NCBI GenBank assembly: GCA_965221125.1 | Contig: CBDCRW010000004.1 | Span: 1,024,001 to 1,088,000, forward strand | Length of the DNA: 64,000 nucleotides | Reading direction: 5' to 3' | Source of the DNA: Alphaproteobacteria bacterium | GTDB lineage: Bacteria > Pseudomonadota > Alphaproteobacteria > UBA828 | Shown here: one piece after another, positions 56,423 through 64,000 of the stretch | How the letters are laid out: each line of letters starts with the position of its first letter | How positions within the stretch are numbered: the first letter of the stretch is position 1 | Notes under the pieces: generated by a model | Seen by the model: the letters and a program-made list of their open reading frames with translations, nothing else | Databases searched by the model: none | Told to the model about the DNA's origin: nothing | Made by a program: the position numbers and the translations under genes

Positions 56423-57078
56423 TCCCCGCCGGCGGATGCGTTGGCAGGGGTACGGGCACCGCCCCCTTCATTGACGCCGCCGGCGTGGAGTTCGTGGAAC
56501 CGTGCGAGCCAGCGCTCCGCTGCCGCCTCGGGCGCCAGGGGCCGAATGGTGCGGCGCAGCGGCGGGAAGGGGAAGCCCCCGCTGCCCACGCCGAGGTCGC
56601 GCCTCTCTGCGGCGTCGGTCATGCGGTCGACGAAGCGCAGCACCTCAGTCCAGTCTTCCGGCAGTTCCGGATCGAGACCCGCTGCCTCCCGCACGGCCCT
56701 GTCGATGGCCTTGCCGTGGGTCCTGGCGCGCGCCGCCGCCCGGGCCGATGCGGGGTGTTCTCCCTCCCCGTCGCCGAACCAGGCGGCGCGCGCAGGCATG
56801 AGCAGCGCATGGAGCGCGAGCGCGCGGCGGTCTTCGTCCGCGACGCCGTCCAGCGCCTCGATCTCCTCCGAGGCGGTGAGCGCGTGCTGGGCGAGCGAGT
56901 AGAAGCGCCGCGTGCGCCCGCCCCAGCGGCAGGTGTTGGCCAGAACATGGGCAATCGCCTCGAAGTCCACGGCGATGCTTTCGCCCTGCTCCGGATCCCC
57001 GGGCCAGCGAGGGGGCGGCGTGAGCTTCGCTTGTGCGCGCCTGCGACGGCTCTTGACGGCAGATTCCTGCTCGGTCAT
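56410..57078 (-). CDS. HD-superfamily (YfbR/YfdR-like) protein with degenerate HD motif
   Basis: IAHVLANTCRWGG...FYSLAQH is typical of the family, but the expected ALLHDA reads ALLMPA. Confidence 0.72.
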   Translation of the reverse strand: MTEQESAVKSRRRRAQAKLTPPPRWPGDPEQGESIAVDFEAIAHVLANTCRWGGRTRRFYSLAQHALTASEEIEALDGVADEDRRALALHALLMPARAAWFGDGEGEHPASARAAARARTHGKAIDRAVREAAGLDPELPEDWTEVLRFVDRMTDAAERRDLGVGSGGFPFPPLRRTIRPLAPEAAAERWLARFHELHAGGVNEGGGARTPANASAGGECAP

Positions 57079-57219
57079 CGTGTCTGTCCTCGTGATGTCA
57101 TGTTGAGTTGTGTCGTTACGTGTCGGGGGCGCCATCAAGGGGCGGCCCCCGGCATCGTCTTGTTCGCGGCAGCTGCGGCCCCCAAAGAGGCACAGGCCAC
57201 CCGGTCCTGCCGAGTATCG

Positions 57220-57339
57220 TCATGGCTCTCGAACCGGTCGCGGCGAGCGACGCTGGGTCCGGCTTCGGCGCGACCGCCGCTTGACTGTCGTCGTCCGCTC
57301 GGCGATGATTGTCACCGTTACCTTTAGAGACTTCTTCAT
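57220..57339 (-). CDS. Candidate 39-aa basic small protein
   Basis: RBS gagggag 6 nt before ATG; MKKSLKVTVTIIAERTTTVKRRSRRSRTQRRSPRPVREP*. Confidence 0.4.
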   Translation of the reverse strand: MKKSLKVTVTIIAERTTTVKRRSRRSRTQRRSPRPVREP

Positions 57340-57461
57340 GTGCATCTCCCTCTACCGGGGGCCGCCCGCCAACAGCGGTCCCCGGCGTCGTTGCAGCGGC
57401 GACAAGGCCACCCGCACTGTCGGCCATGCGGCGCGCATCGCGTGCACCACGTCCCACCGCC

Positions 57462-59777
57462 CTATCCCCCGCTTCCGCTGCGCAGCCGTCCCGTGAGGCG
57501 GCCGCTGCCGGCACGCGCGATGCCGCCGGTGACGGCGCCCGCAAGACGGCCCGCGCCGTCGTCCGTGCCTCCGGAGCGCCCGCCGATCCACTCCATGACC
57601 GCCGAAGGCAGCAGGTCGATCAGCTTGAAGGCGCCGTTCATCAGCGCGTAGCAGAGCATCACGTAGAGGGTCAGCATCGCGAGGAAGCCGATCGGCCCGA
57701 GACCGTCCGAGGCGCCGGCGTCCCTGAGCTGCGGCAGCCAGATGGCGTTCAGCAGGCCGACGGCGGCGAGGAACACGAAGTAGCCGAGGATGAGGCCGAA
57801 CAGCATGAGCGGCGGGCGCAGGATCAGCCCCGGCAGGAACAGCCACCCCTGCCGTGTCGCCGCAACCATGAGTCCCCGGTCCTGGCCGCGCGTGACGTGG
57901 GCGGCGGCGAACACGGTGACGGCGAGCACCGCCTCCACCACGTTCACCAGCCAGCCGAAGACGCCGAAGAGGAAGCGGATGAAGGGCAGCGCGGGAAGCA
58001 CGAACGCGAGCACCGCGCCCGCGATCAGCATGAGTCCGAGGATGGTGGAGACGAATCCGTCGGTAACGCGCCAGACGGACTCGAAGGCATCGAGACCCTT
58101 GCCGAAGAAGGGGATGGATTCCAGGAGACCCGAACCCACGGCGACGCCGGAGATGGCGCCGATGGCCCCCAGGGCGGAGGCGATCAGGTCGTGCCCAAGA
58201 CCCGCGAGATCGGCGATGGGATTGCCGCTGTCGGCGATCACCACTGCATCGAGGTCGATGAACTCGAAAAGGCCGGCGACCAACCCGCCATCGCCGCTCC
58301 CTGCAGCGGGCAGTGTGCCCGTCACGCCTGCCCCTGCGGCAAAGAACACGGGTTGCCAGGTGCGCGAGGAGGCGAGTGCGGCGAGCAGGCCCTTCACCGC
58401 CGCGGCCGCGGGCGGCGACCACTCCTCGAGGCTCGGCAGGGGCAGCGCCGCGTCGGGGACGTTGTGGGCCGCGGCCTGGAAGAGGCCGGTGCGGGACGCG
58501 ATGGTGTTGAAGAAGCCGGCGGCGGCGAGCCACGACGAGCCTGCAGCGTCCTCGGCGACGGCACGCTCCAGGGCGAGGCGCTCCTCGGAGGCGGCGCGGC
58601 TCAACGCATCGTCAAGGACGGACTCATAGGACAGCGCGAGGCCCCGCGCATTCATGGCGGCCTCGACGTCCGGCAGCGGCTGGCCGTGCATGGGCGAGCC
58701 CGGCAGGTAGCGGTCTCCCAGCTCGGCGGCCAGACCGCGAATGGCGGGGAACAGGCCCTCCATGGCCCTGCGGTGGCCGTGCGCCGCGATCCCCCTGGAG
58801 CCCTCGCCGTCAAGGCCGTCGAAGCGCACCGCGCCGCAGAGGTCGCGGGGCATGCCGCGCCCGTCGCCGTCGTAGCGCAGCAGCAGCGCGCCGTCCGCCC
58901 GCTCCTCGTCCACCTCTATGTAAGGGTCGTCGCCGATGCGGCGCGCATTGGCGTTGGCGACATGCGTGCAAGTCTCGGCGAGCAGCACCCGCGATATGGC
59001 GGAGCGCCAGGCTGCGGCCTTGGGTCTGGGCGCGATGGGATCGCCCCTGCCCAGCGCCTGCTCGGAGAAGGGGGTCCATACGGCGCCCGCGAAGTCGCCG
59101 CCGAGGGTCGCCAGGCCGACCACGGCGTGCTGCGCGCCGTTCATGCCGCCCGGCAGCGGGGCCATGAGGGCCACCGCCGCCACGATGCGCACGATCTCCC
59201 AGGCCCCGAACCCCCAGCGGCCCGTGCGGGCGGTGTCGACGGTCCCTGCCACGGTGTGCCAGAGCAGGAGGAAGCCGGCCAGCACCAGCACGCCGCCGTT
59301 GAAGACAAAGAGCATATCGCCGAGCACGGCGTGGCGAGCCACGTCCATGTCGCTCAGGAAGGAGAGCAGGTCGCGGGTGGCGTTGTCCGCAGTCGCGAAT
59401 ATGTCCGGATCGATGGTCTGGGCGTCCGCAGTACCGGAGACCAGGCCGGAAGCGCCGAGGGACACGAAGGCGAGGCCGGAAGCCGAAAGTGCGGCGCCCA
59501 GAACAGCGCGCAGGCGCCGTTCCCGCTCCATAAGACGCTTCCAGCGCCAGCCACCGCCAACCGCAGGGGAACGCCCCGGTCCAGGGGAACGCCCCGGTCC
59601 AGGGGAACGCCCCGGTCCAGGGGAACGCCCCGGTCCAGGGGAACGCCCCGGTCCAGGGGAACTCCCATCCGAGAGTGCGCGCACGCTATGCCCCAGGCGC
59701 CGGCCCGCCTGGCGCATGTCGGCCAGGCAGCGACCGAGCTCGGGCGCGAAGAGGAAGCGCAGGAGACGCATGCTCAT
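57462..59777 (-). CDS. dotA: DotA/TraY family polytopic membrane protein (type IVB / MPF-I T4SS)
   Basis: RIVAAVALMAPLPGGMNGAQ, large central periplasmic domain, LPALPFIRFLFGVFGWLVNVVEAVLA, LRPPLMLFG, IDLLPSAVMEWIGG. Confidence 0.88.
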   Translation of the reverse strand: MSMRLLRFLFAPELGRCLADMRQAGRRLGHSVRALSDGSSPGPGRSPGPGRSPGPGRSPGPGRSPGPGRSPAVGGGWRWKRLMERERRLRAVLGAALSASGLAFVSLGASGLVSGTADAQTIDPDIFATADNATRDLLSFLSDMDVARHAVLGDMLFVFNGGVLVLAGFLLLWHTVAGTVDTARTGRWGFGAWEIVRIVAAVALMAPLPGGMNGAQHAVVGLATLGGDFAGAVWTPFSEQALGRGDPIAPRPKAAAWRSAISRVLLAETCTHVANANARRIGDDPYIEVDEERADGALLLRYDGDGRGMPRDLCGAVRFDGLDGEGSRGIAAHGHRRAMEGLFPAIRGLAAELGDRYLPGSPMHGQPLPDVEAAMNARGLALSYESVLDDALSRAASEERLALERAVAEDAAGSSWLAAAGFFNTIASRTGLFQAAAHNVPDAALPLPSLEEWSPPAAAAVKGLLAALASSRTWQPVFFAAGAGVTGTLPAAGSGDGGLVAGLFEFIDLDAVVIADSGNPIADLAGLGHDLIASALGAIGAISGVAVGSGLLESIPFFGKGLDAFESVWRVTDGFVSTILGLMLIAGAVLAFVLPALPFIRFLFGVFGWLVNVVEAVLAVTVFAAAHVTRGQDRGLMVAATRQGWLFLPGLILRPPLMLFGLILGYFVFLAAVGLLNAIWLPQLRDAGASDGLGPIGFLAMLTLYVMLCYALMNGAFKLIDLLPSAVMEWIGGRSGGTDDGAGRLAGAVTGGIARAGSGRLTGRLRSGSGG
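59564..59663. repeat. Perfect 18-bp tandem repeat x5.5 in the dotA 5' region
   Basis: Unit caggggaacgccccggtc; encodes (PGPGRS)n in DotA. Confidence 0.95.
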
Positions 59778-60994
59778 CGGGGCGCGGCGCCCGGATCGGT
59801 GAGGCCCGGCAGGCGGCGCATCTCTTCCACCCCGAGAGCGAGCCGCGCCGCCTCCATGGCGCCCCGGCGCTCGTCCAGCCGGAAGCGCTCCCAGTCGAGC
59901 ATGAGGGAGATGGAGGTCAGCATCGCCAGTTCGCGCAGCAGGTTGTCCGCGGACATTTCCTGCAACGCCACGAACCGGGCGGGATCCTCGAAGCGGCGGC
60001 TCGCCAGCAGCTCCATGAGCTCATAGCGGCTGATCGGCTTGCCCGTGTCGCGCCCGCGTCCGCCGGACACGGCGTCGGCCCAGGCGCCGAGTTCGGCCCC
60101 AGGAGTGCGCAGGCTGCGGGCATGTCCGAACCAGTCGGCGGCAAGCGCCGTGCGTGCATCGGCCGCACGCGCGAGCAGCACCAGCCTGCGCTCCCGGTCG
60201 GTCTCGGCTGACGCCAGCGGCAAGGGGTCGTGCACCACCGGCGCCGCCAGGTTGCGGGAGAGTTCGACGGCCGCATGGAGTTCCGCCTGGCTGCCGAAGG
60301 TGCGGCGGTCGAGGAGGATTCCAGGTCTGAGATCGACGCCGTGCCAGGCGTCCTCGCCCCGGCAGGTCTCGTCGCCGGCGCGGCCGGGGCTGCAGTAGAC
60401 GCCGATCACGGTATCGAACCGCGCCGCACCGTCGGCAGCGCTGCCGGCTTCCGCCACCACAGCGCGGTCGCTCGCGATGCGTCCGGCCTCGACCTCGCCC
60501 GCGGAAGCACGGTGGGCATCGGCGGCGCGCCGGGCCGCCCCGAGACCGGTGACGCCGGTGACCGTCGAGCACGCGCTCCGGCTCGGCCGGTGCGCGTTCA
60601 TGCTCCGCGTCTCCTCGACCTCGCGGGCGGTCTGGGCCTGGAGGCGGGTCTGGGCATCGAGCGCCTGGGTCAGCGCCTTGGTGCTCTGCGCGGTGTAGCC
60701 CGCGAGCTGGCCGGTCTGGAGCCGCAAGGCCTCGATGATGGCCCGCTCCATGGCGTCGATCTCGCCCGTCAGCACCCGGATGGCCCGGCTGGCCTCTGCG
60801 CGGTCGTTGTCAGTGCGGTCGCAGCGAAGCGCCTCGGCGGGCGACGCCGCCAGGATCGCGATCGCTGCCACCGCCGCGGCACACGCGCCGCGGAAAATCC
60901 GCACCATGCCGGCGCGCTCCGTCGCGGCGGCAAGCGGCCGGGCGCCTCTTCCGCCGGCGGTGCTTGACTTGCTCATCATCGCCTCGGTGCTCAT
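59774..60994 (-). CDS. Secreted IcmX/TraW-like conjugation protein
   Basis: Signal peptide (AILAASPAEA); C-terminal SRYELM..RRFEDP..NLLRELA..ERR helical pattern; immediately upstream of dotA with ATGA overlaps. Confidence 0.6.
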   Translation of the reverse strand: MSTEAMMSKSSTAGGRGARPLAAATERAGMVRIFRGACAAAVAAIAILAASPAEALRCDRTDNDRAEASRAIRVLTGEIDAMERAIIEALRLQTGQLAGYTAQSTKALTQALDAQTRLQAQTAREVEETRSMNAHRPSRSACSTVTGVTGLGAARRAADAHRASAGEVEAGRIASDRAVVAEAGSAADGAARFDTVIGVYCSPGRAGDETCRGEDAWHGVDLRPGILLDRRTFGSQAELHAAVELSRNLAAPVVHDPLPLASAETDRERRLVLLARAADARTALAADWFGHARSLRTPGAELGAWADAVSGGRGRDTGKPISRYELMELLASRRFEDPARFVALQEMSADNLLRELAMLTSISLMLDWERFRLDERRGAMEAARLALGVEEMRRLPGLTDPGAAPR

Positions 60995-61632
60995 CGACCG
61001 CCTCCCACGACACTGCGAAACAGGGGAACGCCCTGGTGCAAGGGAACGCCTTGGTCCAAGGGAACGCCTTGGTCCAAGGGAACGCCCTGATCCAACGGAA
61101 TGCGCTGGTCCAAGGGAACGCCCTGTTCCAGCGGGAAGCGCCGGTCCAGGGGAATGCCTTGGTCCCGCTCGGCGCTCCCGGCGCGCCCCGCGCTCTCGAT
61201 CGCGTGGACCGGACCGAGCCCCGGCAGCCGGGGAATGCGCGCGGTGTAGAGGGCCGCATTGAGGGGGCGGCCGACGTATCCGCGGTATGCCTCGCGTGCA
61301 GCCGCGCAGATGCGCCGCTGCACAAGGCCGAGCAGATCGGACATGCTCCGGCCGGGATCGAAGAGGATGTCGAAGCGTCGAAAATCGAAGAGATCGTCGA
61401 GGCAGGAGAAATCCAGGATCGAGTCCGGGTCGCGGATGCCCTGGTCGGGATGGCGCAGCACGGCCACGTCGCGTTCGACGCCCATGCGCGCACCATCGAT
61501 CAGCGCCCGTTCTACCTCCGGCGCACACTCCGCACCGGCAGCTCCCCCCTCGCCGGCCGCCGAGCCTTCTGCCGGCCAGAGGGAGAGCGCCAGTGCCAGG
61601 ACACCCGCGAGGAAAAGGATCCTGCTAGGCAT
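60991..61632 (-). CDS. Secreted Cys-containing hypothetical conjugation protein with C-terminal (DQGVPL)n repeat
   Basis: Signal peptide, ECAPEV, SILDFSCLD, RRIC; coupled to both neighbours. Confidence 0.65.
   Translation of the reverse strand: MPSRILFLAGVLALALSLWPAEGSAAGEGGAAGAECAPEVERALIDGARMGVERDVAVLRHPDQGIRDPDSILDFSCLDDLFDFRRFDILFDPGRSMSDLLGLVQRRICAAAREAYRGYVGRPLNAALYTARIPRLPGLGPVHAIESAGRAGSAERDQGIPLDRRFPLEQGVPLDQRIPLDQGVPLDQGVPLDQGVPLHQGVPLFRSVVGGGR
61021..61164. repeat. Degenerate 18-bp tandem repeat x8
   Basis: Consensus ca(a/g)gggaacgccytggtc, the same motif as 59564-59663. Confidence 0.9.
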
Positions 61633-62707
61633 GGCCGGCATCGCTTGCCCGGCCTTCGATCCCGACCGTTACCGCCTCGCTGCCGGCATCCCCCGCGTCG
61701 GTGGCTTCGGCTTTACCGGTCACAGCATCACCGGCATCGCCCGTCGCAACACCTCCGTCGGACGTATCTTCGGCTCTGCCGGTCGCTTCGCCGGACCCTG
61801 GCTCGCCGCAGGTATCGGTCTCCAGCTCTCCCGACGCCGACGTGCCGCCCTCCACACCGGCAGTGGCGGCCTCGGCCGACGCCGCTTCAGCCGAGGCCGT
61901 TTCCTCCGGGGAAGCGGCGGACGTGCTATCCCCTCCGTCATGGCCGGTGTCCTCATCGGCCGGGCCGGCGGCTTCACCGGTCTGAACGTCCTGGGTTCCG
62001 GGGCCGGCATCTTCGCCGCCTGCCGGCCGCGCTTTCTCCTCAGGTCCATTCCCGGCAGAAGCCGGGGCATCCGCACCTGTTTCGTTCCCAGCCTTCGCCC
62101 CGGCTGCAACGGAAGTCGCGCCCGCCGCATCGGCAGCGGCCTCGGCCGGGGCAGCCGCCTCACTCTCCGCACCGTCGGACGAAGCGCGGTCCGCGGCGGC
62201 GCCGGTTCCGGTATCGGCATCGCCGTCCACGCCGGAGCCGGCCGTCCTGTCAGCAGCGGCCACCGCGTCTGCGGGGGCGTCGCCGGGGGCATCGGTCGCG
62301 GCGTTCGCCGCCCCTGCCGGCGCAGTGCCGCCGGGCGTGTCATCATCGCCGCCCGACCCCCGCGCGCGCTTCGTGAGCACGTTCACCCGCGCCTGCGGAC
62401 CCGAGACCAGGATCTCCGAGGTCCGGTGCTCCGTGCCCGTCCTGTCCGTCCAGGTGCGCGTCGCGATGCGCCCCTCGACCAGAACTGCAGCGCCCTTGCG
62501 CACCATCTTGCGCACCGTCTGCGCGGCGCCGCCGAAGGCCACGATGGCGTGCCACTCGGTGGACTCGCCCTCCATACCGTCGCGGCGCTTGAAGCGCTCG
62601 TTGGTGGCCAGGCTGAACAATGCCACCTCGCCGCCGGACGGCAGCGTGCGCATTTCGGGATTGCGTCCGGCGTGGCCCACCAGCGTCGCCCTGTTCATCG
62701 TCAACAT
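61625..62707 (-). CDS. ssb: Single-stranded DNA-binding protein with long acidic Ala/Gly tail
   Basis: MNRATLVGHAGRNPEMR, FSLATNE, TEWHAIVAFG, KGAAVLVEGRIATRTWTD. Confidence 0.9.
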   Translation of the reverse strand: MLTMNRATLVGHAGRNPEMRTLPSGGEVALFSLATNERFKRRDGMEGESTEWHAIVAFGGAAQTVRKMVRKGAAVLVEGRIATRTWTDRTGTEHRTSEILVSGPQARVNVLTKRARGSGGDDDTPGGTAPAGAANAATDAPGDAPADAVAAADRTAGSGVDGDADTGTGAAADRASSDGAESEAAAPAEAAADAAGATSVAAGAKAGNETGADAPASAGNGPEEKARPAGGEDAGPGTQDVQTGEAAGPADEDTGHDGGDSTSAASPEETASAEAASAEAATAGVEGGTSASGELETDTCGEPGSGEATGRAEDTSDGGVATGDAGDAVTGKAEATDAGDAGSEAVTVGIEGRASDAGHA

Positions 62708-62750
62708 CGTTCCGGTCTCCCTTTCATGATGGTTACGGTCTTCATGCAGC

Positions 62751-64000
62751 TCATCCCGCCGCCCCCGCTCCCGCGAGCGCGGCGCGATTCGGTATTCCTT
62801 CGTCCTGTGCCAGCTCGTCTGCGAGCCTCTCCAGTAGATCGCTCTCGGACGCCGCGACCCTGGCGCCGCGCAGCTCCAGCCGGCGCAGCTCCGCCTCGAC
62901 CCACGCGCCTGCCGATCCCGCGGGGAAGCGCCGGGCCAGCGCCGCACGGGCTTCCGCCGGCGCGAGACGGGCGTGCAGCCGCTCACGGAGAGCGGCGTCG
63001 CGCGGCGAGGTGGTGAGCGCCCAGAGCTCCACCGGCCCCGGCGCGTTCACCGCCACCTGCTCGAAGCGGCCACGGGCGTCCGCTGCGATCAGCAGGGCGG
63101 GCGCCCCGCTAGGCCCAGGACCCGCGAGGCGAAAGCGCACCGCCTCCGTGACCGTTTCGCTCAGCTCGAACACCCGCGCCAGAGATTCCATCTCCCCCGC
63201 CTTGCCGCCCGCGCCCAGCACCCAGATGCGGTTGGCGAGCTCCACCAGGGCGTCGCCGAAGTCGTCGAGACGCTGGGAGGCGAGGCAGAGCCGCACCCCG
63301 TGCTTGCGCGCCTCGCGGGCGTCGCGCTCCACCTGGGAGCGCACGGCGGGTGCCGTGCCGGTGCGGTGGAACTCGTCGAAGGCGAGGCGCTTGGGGGTCT
63401 CGCGGATCTGGCGCAGGCGGCTGCGGTGCCACTCGCGGTAGCGCTCGGGCACCAGGTCGATATCCTCGTCGGCGATCCACCAGTGGCGGGTCAGCGCGTG
63501 GCGGGCCAGCATGTAGAAGGCGGCGGTCTGGCGGTCGGCCTCGGCCGAGCCCCTCGGCGCCATCTCGCGCAGGTCTATCGCCGCCACCCTGGCGGCGCCG
63601 GTGTCGAAGGCGGTGGGGGCGAACATCGCGGGCCAGGAGCCCACGAGCGCGGTGAGGTTGCGGATGAAGGCCTGCGTCACGGTCTCGCCGCCCGTTCCGT
63701 GCCGGGCATCGCCCACGAGGCCCTGTACCGCGGGCTCGCGCACTGCCGAGAGGAAGTCTCCCAGAACCGGCACCGCGTAGCGCTGGGCGCGCGAAGCGGC
63801 GACCGGATCGCCCGCGTCGAACAGCGCGTCCACCACGTCCCACCAGGGAACGTCGGCAAGGCCAAGCCCGACCCGCTCCAGCGCCCTGTCGACCCCTTCG
63901 TCGCGGCCTGCGGAATAGGCGTTCGGCTCTGCGCCGGCGATCCGGTCGGAGCGGAGCGCATAGGCGCCCGCGATCGTGGGGCCGATCAGCTCGCGCATAC
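62751..64000 (-). CDS. icmB: DotO/IcmB/TraU (VirB4-like) ATPase, C-terminal part
   Basis: WWDVVDALF, AQRYAVP, PTAFD, PKRLAFDEFHRT (Walker B), REARKHGV..ASQ, ELWALTT; runs off the window end. Confidence 0.88.
   Translation of the reverse strand, partial: MRELIGPTIAGAYALRSDRIAGAEPNAYSAGRDEGVDRALERVGLGLADVPWWDVVDALFDAGDPVAASRAQRYAVPVLGDFLSAVREPAVQGLVGDARHGTGGETVTQAFIRNLTALVGSWPAMFAPTAFDTGAARVAAIDLREMAPRGSAEADRQTAAFYMLARHALTRHWWIADEDIDLVPERYREWHRSRLRQIRETPKRLAFDEFHRTGTAPAVRSQVERDAREARKHGVRLCLASQRLDDFGDALVELANRIWVLGAGGKAGEMESLARVFELSETVTEAVRFRLAGPGPSGAPALLIAADARGRFEQVAVNAPGPVELWALTTSPRDAALRERLHARLAPAEARAALARRFPAGSAGAWVEAELRRLELRGARVAASESDLLERLADELAQDEGIPNRAALAGAGAAG

Noticed and set aside
57309-60026. 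905-aa + strand ORF
   Set aside because: Antisense shadow of dotA.
59564-61164. 18-bp arrays as CRISPR
   Set aside because: No unique spacers, no cas genes, and both arrays lie in frame within coding sequence.

Overview
GC-rich, diderm (probably proteobacterial) DNA in three blocks. (1) 1-37036, + strand: an expanded Tad/Flp (type IVc) pilus locus with flp, two tadE-like pilins, tadA, tadC, tadV, two cpaB and two cpaE/tadZ. Several core parts are very large or fused: a ~2,700-aa protein joining a TadD-like TPR lipoprotein, 26 tandem BON-like repeats and an RcpA/CpaC secretin; a CpaB-linker-TadB fusion; and a 1,417-aa TadZ with a ~1,000-aa acidic N-terminus. Interspersed are a di-heme peroxidase plus a histidine-kinase-like sensor lacking an obvious phospho-His, a lipidated Ig-repeat autotransporter, a TPR-SPOR protein, a secreted nuclease, an outer membrane protein and an AmiC amidase. 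A G24 tract may phase-vary a minor pilin. (2) 37718-44025, + strand: a complete Dlt-like acylation cassette (ACP, adenylation enzyme, SGNH, MBOAT and an uncalled 38-aa DltX-like peptide) preceded by a sulfotransferase-like gene and a His-motif membrane protein. (3) 44134-64000, mostly - strand: part of a conjugative element with type IVB/MPF-I genes (DotO/IcmB, IcmX/TraW-like, DotA), Ssb, a TraD/TrwB coupling protein and a MOBF relaxase split in its HUH motif by a 3.4-kb serine-recombinase element, followed by a STAND/NACHT NTPase. No rRNA, tRNA or CRISPR array was seen. Family calls come from motif recognition by eye; no database search was run.
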